From assembly GCF_964204645.1 (NCBI RefSeq), contig NC_134026.1:21796150-21860149 (forward strand): DNA of 64,000 nt, given 5' to 3'. Position 1 is the stretch's first letter. Every line of letters begins with the position of its first letter. Positions 1-12,200 of the stretch are shown piece after piece. Origin of the DNA: Tubulanus polymorphus (lineage: Eukaryota; Animalia; Nemertea). Below the pieces are notes generated by a model. The model had not been told where the DNA came from and did no database searches. It saw nothing but the letters and a program-made list of their open reading frames with translations. A program made the position numbers and the translations under genes.

Positions 1-112
1 ACATAGTGAAAATCAATAGTTCATTGTTGCTGTGGTATTTATCCACCAGTTGTCTTTAACAAACTTTTGAGCAACCCGGTTTTAAGTTTCATAACACAAT
101 CGAGGAACTTAC

Positions 113-3100
113 AGGACCATCCATAGGTAGATAGTGTTCACTAAATTGTGTATTCGAAACATTTCCGATAGGATGCATTCTGCCACGTCTAGGAGTGGGA
201 GGAATTGGTTCAACATAAGGTGGCGAATCGAGCTATATTTGAAAGTAAGAAATTAGTTCTACATGAGTAATAGGAACTGAAACCGCCCAGATACTCCATT
301 TTTCCCTGCAGGGTGAATGACATACTAGGTTCCTAAATAAGTTGAATTTTGAAATTTCTGGTAGATTATGACATTTCATGAGGTTGCCTTGACTTAAGAT
401 ATTATCATTTACAAAGTCAGCTAATCGAAACGGCTAAATGAAAAAATGGTGATTGTGGCTTATGAAGAGAGAAAATACATGTATATGCACAAGTAGAAAA
501 TATAGAAAGGAGAATTCATACAAACCCTTGGTTTACTAGGTAGTGTCGGTTTCACTGGAACAGTAGGGATGGTTTCTGCACCAATGGGAGGGATCCGAGG
601 ACCAAGTCTAGAAAATTCCAGAATAGAATTTTGTTTCGAGCATTAGAATTCATGGCACGATCGGAGTTGCCAGTGAAGTTCAACTGGTCTCACGATTACT
701 GAGAGGATTACACTTAAAATCAACTTCGTCCTACATTGTATAACTAAACAAACAATTCAAAATCCTTTCACAGTGTCAATGTTTGTACTGTGGTATGCTG
801 GTGTCCCCAGGTCAAAAATTAAAGCAACTTAAATTTAAAAAAAAACATGTATTTTTGATTGGGCCTTAATACCATCATGTGTCCATGGTGAATATAGCTA
901 GATATCAAATAAAAATTCCAAAATTGGGCCAACCACCCGAACCAATTGGTAAAAGTTTCACAATCTTTCAGAAGAAATCAGAACTAAGTTTTCTTGTGTG
1001 CGTACATAAAATCATAACGATGTGTGATGACTACTGCTATACAATACTTATTGTCATATGCACATCAAATGTCAATTTAATGGCGAGCCCAGCTTATCGC
1101 AGTGAAAGAGTTAAGACCAGTCATTAGAGTTAAATCAATTCTTCGCCTGTGGAACTAGCTCCAGGACCAGTTCAATGTCGTTCAATGATGTTTTACATCA
1201 AACATTCATTAGTTTAAGCTTTGCATGGGAAGAAATCTGAAACGTTTTTCCTTGCAAAATAACGCATTTAAAAGCGTGACTGATTTAGTTTGTAACGCTG
1301 GATCCCGAGGACTATCCACTACTTACGATGGCTTAGGTGGTGGTGGTGGTGGTGGTGCTTGGTCAGGATTCGTTTTCCCATATCCTGGTAACTGAAATAT
1401 GCCAGCAGTTATCACTAAGCTTTCACAACCGATAACACTTAAATTGATTCAGTATGATAGAATTTACCCGCGGTAGAGGGGGTGGTTTCTCTGATGGAAG
1501 CGGCAATGGAGGTCTCCTCTTCATATCACTTCGTGATTCTGAATTTGAACGTGACGGCTTCACCTGAACATCTGTAACAGCTAATATCGCAAAGATAGCA
1601 CGAGTGACTCGGGTGATTAATTATCATTTTCAAATAATAACAGACAAACTTTCTATCTACAGTAGAACTAACTTCATTCAGAAGAGAGAAGAAATGACTA
1701 AAAATTTTACCCTTATTTTCAATTCATTGTAAAAAAATGTGCTCTTTTTCCGACTGATTTATAATTTTTTTAGAATAGCATAAAGAATCAATATGGCTTT
1801 GCAATTAGAAGTCACAATTCTGGAAAAGACGGGCATCTGTTTTATACCCATTGTCGGGTATTGACCATGTAATAGGGAATTTCCCCTCTTATTTAATATT
1901 GATTGATGGATTAATTTTCATTTGATTTGAGTTTTGTATCCTAGCACACCACACCTGCCGGGAGTGAAACAGGGGGTTTGATATTAAAGTACAGATAAAG
2001 TCAGAGATGATAGGTGAAATTAAGAACATTTTCTTTTTCGTATTAATTTGAAAGCACATTGGGTTTGGAAACTTCACTTCAAGTTTGAAGAATCTTTCAA
2101 CCAGCCTGAACTGACAAGAAACTGGTTAGGTTAACTTTTTTGGCTGCCTAAGTTTAGGAATAAATCTAATCTATTAGTTTCCATGTTGGTCAAATGAGTA
2201 GATACCAGGTTTTAAGTAAAAACTGGTCAATATATACCCAATACCATCTTCAATTTGCTAGATTGGTTATAATTTCAGAATAGTTGTCACTCACATATCA
2301 ATAGAAGAATTAATTTGGAATAAAATGATTTTGTATTCAATTTCATGATTTTTTCACTAGTAACTTTTAGTTACAACTCTTTCACCTCAAAATAATAATG
2401 ATTAACTTAAAAGAGTGAAATTGAATGGCCACCTATCTGCTCCAAAAACATAAAATGTAAGAAAAGATAATTCAATTCCAATTGATAATGACAGAATTAA
2501 ATGGCTGGTTGAAAAAGCAGAAAATTAATGAAAAATTAGATTTTTAAATATTTTTGATAATCTTCGAATCACCAAAGAATCTATGATCATAATGTCCCCT
2601 AGACACTTCAATATGGTGAGTATTCGCTCAAAAATTATTTCATGAAATTGAGAATGATTGTTTGGACCCAGTGCTACACTTATTGGTTAAATTTAACCCT
2701 TTCAGTGCTGACTAATCAATACCCTATAGTGCTGGAGATAATTTGAAAATTTTTATAAATTCCACCCTAGTGTGTTGATTAACGGGAAAACCACTATAGT
2801 GCGTATACACCGCGGCGCGGTATATCGTTAGTTACTAATATTTCACTACGTTTGACAGGTGCTGCCATCTTTCAATAGAGATAAAAACTAATTACTAATC
2901 ACATCAATACACCCCAGTGCGGTGTACTAGCAAAATCCATCACCGATTCATACACCGCACTGCGGTGTAGACGCACTGAAATAGTAAAAATAGTAAAAGC
3001 CCTCAATAGCCCTCATAGTAGAAATTTTTCTCTTTCTCGAGCCAAATAACTATTGGAACTGGATTGACATGCACAGAGTTCATGCCAATAGATGATTATA

Positions 3101-5887
3101 GCAAGTTGTAATAGTTAATTGTTGTAATTAATTAAGCAACAAAGCATGCATAGCTTTGTACACGTTTGTATTTAGTCATTCAATGTAGAGGCCAATCTAC
3201 ACAAGAGGAATAATCTTGCAAGCTCTTTAATGCACTCTCATGTAGATTGGTCTTCGATGGTTTGATTCAACCGGTTTAGTTCAAAGGGGACGTGCGGGGG
3301 CCTGTTTTCGTTAATCAACCAATTTTTGCTGTAAATATTGTGAAAATATAGAATACACCTAAAAATGTACCTATATTTTCAAAATATTCTAGGGGGAGGT
3401 AAAAGACGAATTGCATTCTTTTCAGTCAAAATTGTCCCCCTTTTCCAGAAAGCTGAATCCGTGCCAGTTAAAAAATATTCGTTTGCAATTAATTCAAGCG
3501 GTCATTGCGATTTTGAAAAAAAAGAAATTCAATGATTATAATATATTCTCGTTTGATAAAAAATATGTCAATGTTTCGATTGAAACGAACTGCTACCATG
3601 AAATTCTGAATCCTTTATTGACCGATTCGTTGGTAAGGTGGATGAGCGTTGTTTGCCCATCGGTTTCGACTGTTCAGACGGTTTAATCTTCATGTAATCC
3701 AAAACATCGGGGTCAGAGTATTCTGAAAATACTTACACAGCTGATCACATATGACACGAATTTTGATGACGTCTCTTTTTTGACGAAGTAAAGAAATTCA
3801 TACTATAAGTTTCATCATCACACGCAGGAAAGAAAGACAAAAATTCTTATCCAGTGTAACATAAATGCCATCACTTTTTACACATGCAGAGACAAAATTA
3901 TGAAAACGGAAGACAAACCCACACACTACAATCAGGGGTGTAGCAATAGTTTTGAAAAACATACTGGACATCTAAGGGCATAGGTTGAGAGAATATAAGG
4001 GGTGTCCAGGGATATGGATTTTGTTTCAGATTTTTTCCCCTGACTATTGTCAGAACGGTAATTTGAGAGACATTTAAGGGGAATGATATAACGGGTTCAA
4101 ATTCCCAATTTTTTTCAGCGCACAAACCCTATACTCACAGGGGCCCAATGCAACTTAATTCATCCCCAGGATCCAAGGTATATAAAGAAATTTTCTTTAT
4201 ATGTGCCTATAATTCTTTTCAGGTCTCGGTACATTTTTGAAATGAACCTTATCAAATTGCTGGGCCAGCAGGACCACTAGCTACGCCCCTGGCAATAAAT
4301 ACCCAACACTGAAACATGCTCTTGTAATATCTGTGCTTGAATGACAAATGATGCATAAACGTGTGTATTTGATTGAAAAACATCATTCTTACCATCATTT
4401 TCGCCATCATCGAACATGAAGTCTCTTGACGGGATCAAATCACATTGCGAAAGCATGGCATTTAGGTCCTCCGGACTTTCATAGATCGGATGTTCAATTT
4501 TTTGACACGAATAAGGAGTGCTAGCTCCTCCATCACTACAAAAAGTAAACAAATTTTGTACGATTTTAAGTTTTTCGAGTAACTAAATTCATCGTTTTCT
4601 AAGGAATGAAGAATAGAATCCACTAGATCATCTTCTTCATACAGTGAACAACTGGGACCAGCTAATCTATTCGTTATAGGCCTAACTGATACAGTCAAGC
4701 TTACTGAAGTCATCTCTGACAAGTTGTCACATTATAAAGTAATTTTCTTAAGTTCCAGTTTGTATTTTCCAATTCAATTTACTAAGTGTAAGTCATCACT
4801 TGGATAAAACATCAGTATAACGATGGTTGGAACTATTAAAATTAACAATTTAAACGAGATTGACTAAAGTTTTATATTGAACTTGAATTTCGCTACAAGC
4901 AGGGAGGTGAGCACCTTCCCGCTCCAACCATCTAAATGACCGTATCGAGCCAGCTTGCGATCAGCAGTAATAGAAGCTGAATTAGGTTGTTTTTCAAACA
5001 AACTTCAAGTATGATTTGCTTCATGATACAAACTAAGGTGATATTGATTGATATGAAGACCTACCCCCCGTGTACGTCTCTTATGAAAGCATCGACCTGA
5101 TCAGCTTTTCCATTTGCGACTAACATCTCTTTCCTAACTTCATACATCCATTTCTGAGAAGAAAATCAAAACTTCGAACAGTGATATTCACCCAGGAAAT
5201 GTTCATGTTTAAATAGATTCAATCAGGCTGAATGAACAGAACCATTTCCAAACCTGCATATCTTTCTCTGAGTCAGCGGCAAATTTGTAAGTATGATAAC
5301 CTTGCTTGGCGTGGACTATATTAAACATCCAGGCACTTTTGAATTTGGGCTCATCAATTGGCGCTCGTGTAACCCTGTATGACACAACAATCGGCAGTAA
5401 GTATTGGACCTCACAAGACAAAACCAGCAATGAAATAACATATACTTACAAGTTATACCCAAATAGTGAAAAGGCCCCTTTCGGAGATGATGAAAATGCA
5501 TCCTTGAAATAATAAAGGCAGCCCTTGCTCAGAACTACAAAACATTTACCTAATAAAAACACAAATCAAAGTCTTTATAAATTACATGGATAACATACAG
5601 TTCTGGTGCAAGAGAAGTTTGATTACTTACAGAATCCGCCTCCGAAAGTCAGTAATCTAGTCCTAACGCGTGGTTTTTCAAGTAAACTCAAATGTCCACA
5701 GTATGTGTAATCATCATTTTGTAGCAAGCCCTGACATTCTATATAAAATGGGCACCGATAGATAAACCCATGAACATCACGTTCAGAGAAAATAATCCAC
5801 TTGAATCTTTAAGCCCTTATACTTACCGATAGTTTTATGAGGTAATGGATACGGTAAATCAATTGGTTGAAAGTGAGATGAAGCCAT
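113..5887 (-). CDS. SH3BP2-like adaptor (N-terminal PH domain, proline/tyrosine-rich middle); multi-exon, 3' part continues beyond the left edge
   Basis: ATG at 5887. Spliced exons (5827-5887, 5631-5738, ~5447-5549, ~5254-5374, ~5065-5155) give [20 protein letters not shown]...[31 protein letters not shown]...[29 protein letters not shown]. This resembles the recalled SH3BP2 PH domain ([23 protein letters not shown]). Pro-rich exons lie at ~1465-1580, ~1326-1392, ~540-608 and 113-232 ([16 protein letters not shown]...HYLPMDGP). No SH2 domain inside the window. Confidence 0.72.
2693..2985. mobile_element. piggyBac-like non-autonomous element, right end degraded
   Basis: TTAA-CCCTTTCAGTGC at 2693 and inverted GCACTGAAA at ~2973-2981; internal palindromes TACACCGCGGCGCGGTATA and TACACCGCACTGCGGTGTA. 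Confidence 0.5.
3933..4291. mobile_element. hAT-like MITE in an intron
   Basis: Terminal inverted repeats CAGGGGTGTAGC ... GCTACGCCCCTG; no clear TSD. Confidence 0.45.
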
Positions 5888-6172
5888 TCAGTCCTAACTA
5901 TTGATTATTCTCAGCACAAATTTGCTTTATTTCATTCAACTAGATTATTAATCAACGCGAAAACTGGGCGGCTGTTGATACTCGGAAAAATGACTCTACT
6001 ACTACACTACACCCACTGCGAACTGTCAAATTAGACGGGGATTCCCCGAAATACTTCCTGGTTTCCAGTTCCATATATTGCCGCTACGAAAAAAAAACAT
6101 TACCTCGTCGACGAAACAATTTTGTTTTGTTGGAAAAATTATTTCCGGGTTCGCCTTATTTTCAGTGTAAGA
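5888..6172. promoter_or_regulatory. Putative bidirectional promoter between the SH3BP2-like gene and CIAO1
   Basis: Divergent ATGs about 285 bp apart; palindromic kB-type site GGGGATTCCCC at 6037-6047 and ETS-type ACTTCCTG at 6053-6060. Confidence 0.55.
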
Positions 6173-8440
6173 ATGGTCGTGGTGGTTACATGCGCGGTTG
6201 GCATCTTAGAAGGCCACTCAGAATGTGTTTGGAAAGTTTGTTGGAATCCGAAAGGAACGCTTTTGGCGTCTTGTAGTTCTGATAAGTGCATACGTATTTG
6301 GGGTAAAGAAGGTAGGCGTAAATTTCAGAAGATACGAAATTTTCTACTTGCTACTGGTGAACTCGGACTAAAACTCAGTCATGACCGGGCCGGAGAGTTA
6401 TCCGCTCCACAGCTTCGCAAACATGTGTCAGTGGATTACTCCATCTGATACCAATCCTCGGTGGGGGCCAACCATATTGTTTTTAGTTTTCCTGATTGAG
6501 ATAATGGACTCAACGAAAGCGTCGGCTAGAAGACCATAGAGACTAATGCATGTACTTTTCGGTTTGCAGGTGATAATTGGGTGTGTAAGACAGTACTCGA
6601 GGATGGACACTCGCGAACGATACGCTGTGTATGCTGGTCGCCTTGCGGTAAATATTTGGCATCTGGGAGTTTCGACGCGACGATCTGCATTTGGAAAATG
6701 GAGGCCGATGCATTCGAATGCATCGCAACGTTAGAAGGTCACGAAAACGAAGTGAAAGGAGTTGCTTGGTCGTGTTCAGGAAACCTGTTAGCCACGTGCA
6801 GTAGAGATAAAAGCGTCTGGATTTGGGAAGGTATCTTAGATGTCATTGCTTAATCAGATTTTGTTATTTCTTTTTTTTTCAATTGACAGACTATTTTGAA
6901 TTTCGATCATTGTCATATGTTTTGAAAAAGCTAAAATGTCATAAAAATATTTTAATTCAAACGATACAATTTTCAGTGGATGAAGATGAAGAATTTGAGT
7001 GTGCTAGTGTTATCAGTTCACATACACAGGATGTAAAATCAGTTGTTTGGCATCCAGATGTAGAGGTAATCTGATAGAATAACTATATCCTATGCTCTAG
7101 TCTCAGAAAAGATAACTGACCATAAAATCCCCTTTGACATCACCTGCTTCAATCCAAGCTACTCAAAGTTAATCACTAGGCAGTTAAAGGGTATTTTTTG
7201 AGGTAGCCATTGCTGGAAGGGTCTCGGTCATTCGTGTTTGTAAATCAATCTATGAATTGCTTCAAAAATCAAATTTCACTTCACTTAGAATATTTTGTCT
7301 ACACTAGATGTTAGCATCAGCAAGTTATGACGACAGTATTAAACTCTACGAAGATGATGGTGATGATTGGTCCTGCATGAACACTCTAGGTATTAGAAAT
7401 AACCAACTATCCTACATAAAATGTTTCCTAAAATATACGATGGAACCATATTACAATGAACTACTCGAGCCGGCCAGAAAATCTCTTGACATCACGGTCA
7501 AAATTATGGTATTCTCTGAGAAATAATTACTGTATAGTTTGAAGTTCATTATAACACGGTTCTGATGGCTCGCAATTTTCATGGCTCAAAATACAAATAT
7601 TGAATTCCAGAGTCTCACGATTCCACGGTTTGGAGTATCGATTTTGATAAGCGTGGATCGCGAATAGTATCGGCGAGTGATGATAAAACTGTAAAAATTT
7701 GGCATCAATACCCACCGGGAAACGAAGAAGGAATAGCCACGCCGAATAACAAGCCGGCTTGGAAGAATGTCTGCACATTATCTGGATATCATTCGAGACC
7801 AATCTACGATATACGATGGTATGTTTATAGCTATATTAGAATTATAGATAGTAGACTTGCCACAGGGCCCATTGCCTGCCTTTAATTGTCATTTTCTCCA
7901 GAAAATGTGTTAAAAATTCTTTTATTGTCATTCACGAGATAACGACCCATTGTTGCTTCCGATTCACATAGAATTCCCTTTACCTTGGGAATAAATTTAT
8001 CTGTGCCTTGAGATCGAAGCCAAAGTACTCTAGTTTCACATACTGCTCATGGTTCGAATCCTGATTTTGCAACAGACAAACATTATACTGCTTCAGCGAG
8101 GGAGACACTTTCAGATCAGAAAGAAACGACTTTGTGCACTAAATTTGCTGTGTGTTCCCCGTTTGAGACTTAAAGAATGATAATATATAACATGTTGTTT
8201 TTTAGGTGTAATGTAACAGGACTTATAGCCACAGCAAGTGGAGATGATAATATTCATATATTCGAAGAGGAACCGACTTCCGATCCGAATCAACCGTCAT
8301 TTACTTTAGGAACGACTATTAAACAGTCTCATCAACAAGACGTAAACAGCGTAGACTGGAATCCTGTAACACCCGGTCTATTGGCCAGCTGCAGTGATGA
8401 TGGTACAGTGAAATTATGGCAATGTACAATTGAAAATTGA
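6173..8440 (+). CDS. CIAO1: Cytosolic iron-sulfur assembly WD40 protein CIAO1 (Cia1), 6 coding exons
   Basis: Exons ~6173-6311, 6571-6830, 6978-7066, 7308-7389, 7612-7818, 8206-8440 with GT-AG ends. WD repeats include [69 protein letters not shown] and [32 protein letters not shown] at 8545-8550. Confidence 0.95.
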
Positions 8441-9205
8441 ACCAAAATGTGACACCTGTGAAATTGATTTATGCTTTAAACCTAAGACTGTAATCTGTTG
8501 AATCGCAATCTACCTTCTAGTGATGAACAAAGTTGGTGTTTTAGAATAAAATGTTTGACTCCGAATTTTGATGTTTGTTGCGAATTTTTTACAAGAATTA
8601 ATATCGTAAAGGTTTAAATAGAATATCGAACAAGAACTCTGACTGACAGGAATCTACAAAATTACTAGCATAAGAAAGAACATGTCGTGTATGGTTGTAT
8701 ACTGATATATTCTTCAGAGCTAATTTTATACGTACATGGTTAACATTTTACTGTTTGGAGATATATTATTAAGATATTAGTTTTTCATAAATTTACATGT
8801 ATTTGTACAAGAAATCTTGCTAATAATAGCAATAACAAAAGCAACATTTCAGACAATTGGAATGATACGCAAGTTTGTGAAAGGAACTTAATAAATGCAG
8901 GTTTTCCATTTATAAGATACGCATGTTTTTGTGTGCCAGCCAATGTTAAGCCATTTAGTATTACTATACTGTTATGTATCCGGTAATTACAACAAAAAGT
9001 AATTCATATTATTCTAGATTCCTTCCTTCCCATTATGCAATACATGTGTACCAGTACATGATAGCTGAACTCTTGAATTATGCCAACATAAATTGCAAAC
9101 TCAAACAAAATGCTCAAAAATAGCTTTAAATATGACTCCACTAATTTTTCTTACGTTTCTTCTTTCCTTGATGGCAATACTTGACTCGAAGTTGATAATC
9201 AGAGT

Positions 9206-12200
9206 TCAGTCGGCAAACAGTATTTCAACCTCTTTAAGGAGTTGTTTGCCATTCTCACCGGCCTGGTGACAATAATGCTCGGCACCTTTTTGGTTTCCCA
9301 TGTTGATCATGAATCGCGCGTATTCCAGGAAAACTGCTTCTATAAGAGGTGCTGCACAAAAATGTGTCAAGGTTATTACACGTATTGAAAATTTGCAGAT
9401 TGTTAGAATTATTCCTGTACCCGGTTTCTAGAAGTGTATCGTGTTCAAAATTTTTGCTTAGCTATTTTCTACGGATTACTCCTATGTCGGCTACATCTAA
9501 TTTCAAGCACTACACCGCAAGTAAAATATCTAAAAGGATACTGGTTTTTTCCGTTTTCTCCATGAGTCCGAATTCGAAACAAGCTTCGACAAACAAGGCA
9601 GCTCTGTCGAAGTAACGCATGCCGTACAACATCTCCAATACTTTATAGAACTGACCCAATGACAACAGAACTAACATGGCTTTACTCTGTGGGAGAAAAT
9701 TTATGAATTACGAAATTATTTTGAGATTTTGACGAAAACAATTCAATTTCTCATCTACCGGATAAAGGATTTTAGATTTTGCTTACTTTCTGATTGACTT
9801 GTGGAGAACATAAATGATCAACCCATCGCTTCATGATCTCTGAACATTCCTGATAGTTCAACATAGCCTGAAATTAAAAGACACAAGTTATTGATCTATT
9901 GACAGATATAAGAAAGAGGTAATTTCCTCGAGTGAAAACATTGAAATGAACTAAATTTTGATATTTTAACAACAGAAACAATAGAGTTATCTCCCAACTA
10001 TGGAAGTGGTGCCTTGGTCTTAAACTCAAATTGGGATTAGCAACTTTCGTACACATTTTAGAGCTTAGTTTCGTTAATTGATGCACGTACAGAGTACCAC
10101 CAGTATGGTATATGAAAAGCTTAAATATTATCTAAAGAATGAACTAAATTTGATGCGTCCGATCTTACTCTCGAATGGAGAATTGGATCCGGTGTGAAGT
10201 ATGACAGGAGTCGGGCATTACCTTAGCTAACCAGGCAGCTTGATCCCACTGACTGTATGTCTGTAGATAACGACAGGCATCGAAACCTTTATCAATCAAA
10301 CACAATAACTGTACACCCTCTATAAGAAATAAATTATTTTGATTTTAACAAATCATTGAAATTTAAGATGATGAGGCATGAGAAAGCGCATGTATTTCTT
10401 GCGTACCTGAAAGTTTATCATTTGCAATCAGATTCGTAGCGACTAGTTTTATAGTACTCTGCGAAGCCCCTGATGATCGAACACTGGCTACTAAACACGC
10501 CCTTGAATTAAAATGCGAACAATTTTTAAATTACTCCAGCCCTCTTGTGATTTTCTTTTAAATTGTGACAATTAGCAATTTCACTTTTATACAAATACCT
10601 TAGACAGTCTACGTAGTAGCCATCGTTTTCTGGCTCAGTTTCTAACAGCAATTGCACAGCCCGATCGGTTTGTCCGAGAAGTATCAAATTTTCAGCACAT
10701 TTGCACGTGTGTTCGTATGTCGCTCGTTTGCTGTCATGAAGAGCAACGCGTTCTAATTGATATTTCTATAAATCAAACAAAACCCTGGTTATAGCGAATG
10801 TTTACCTGCAGACCCTGATACAGGGAAGAAGGCTACACCCACTCAACGAGGCGTTCATGCTGTCATTGACTAGGTATACTCGATACTGGGTACACTCGGG
10901 CTTTATGTTGCCATTGACTTGGCATCCAGTCCTAATCTCGAGCTTGGCACTGAATTGGCAAACTTGTAATAATGTTGGTGTACAAAAGGAAAATCTGCCT
11001 GGACATCATTGTTGGCTTTGAAGTACTGGTAAATCAAATGTAATTATAGGCGCATAGATGGAGGAAGCCATTTTTCTGGGCAGGTCTCAAAATAATACGT
11101 ATCATGTAACTAACCTGAAAACTCGAACTATCACATAATACGTCATAACACGTGTTCAATGGTTTATCTTTGATGAACATCCACGCAGAGGACGACGACT
11201 CTTTCTGGGTGTCGGACTTTTCAGCGTCTTCGAACACCAGCAGGTTGTTGCTGATATCCTGAGAAACGGGCGTTGTCGCCGCAACTGAAGCTGCCATCTG
11301 AAAAATATTGAGAATCGGAGAGAATCAGTTTTTTGCCAGCACCCAGAATAAAAAGAAACAAGAAGCCCATTGGCGGGCCTAGAGGGTGGTTTGTACATTG
11401 CAATACAAGGTTAAATGCAAATATGATAACAAATTCAGAACAAAAAAATTTTTTGAGACGAGAAGATACGCAATATCCGTGTAAGATGATAACGAGAGAA
11501 ATCCCACAATAAATTCAGCCAAAACGAGAAACTTGAATAGAAGAGTATATATATTTGCGCAATGTTAAAGACTATTAGCCATTATCAGGCGTACAAAAGT
11601 TTTTGGTCCCATGAATTGATAGATCCCCTGGATCCCTGTCAGCTGATCCAACTAACAACTTAAATTCTTCACATATTTGAAAATGATTTCATTGAAGCGT
11701 ATTTCGACAAAGTTTGATAGATGTAGAATGTTGTTATATTTTCTTACTTTGCTCATCGGATCACTTTTCTCCGTGCGCAGAAAATGCAACGCGATTGTCC
11801 AGAAATGCACCTCTGATTCATCACCGAACAGTCGTGCAACTAACAAAGCCCTCTGTGCCGTTCCAAACGGACAAATAGGAAGGAACTCTTTCAGTTCACT
11901 GAAATTTAGAAACAACGAAGTGTTGAACTTGGTGAGCTTGATAATCTGACAATTTGAGCAATGAATGAGTTCGAGGAAATTGTCATGAGCTAACTTATGC
12001 AATCGCTTGCAGTTACAAAATAAGCATTGAGACGAATAAATAAGGAAATGCTATTCACTGCCTCTGGTGAACATATGCAGACACCAACCATAACCATCTA
12101 CAGATGTGTCGAGGGTAGATACATGTATAAACCAAATATCAATACAATCCATTGAAGCGTCTTCAAAACTTTCTGGAATAACTGGCTTCCATCTACGGAC

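Noticed and set aside
8030-8065. GGTTCGAATCC B-box suggesting a tRNA gene (also at ~24812)
   Set aside because: No cloverleaf or properly spaced A-box; more likely SINE debris or chance.
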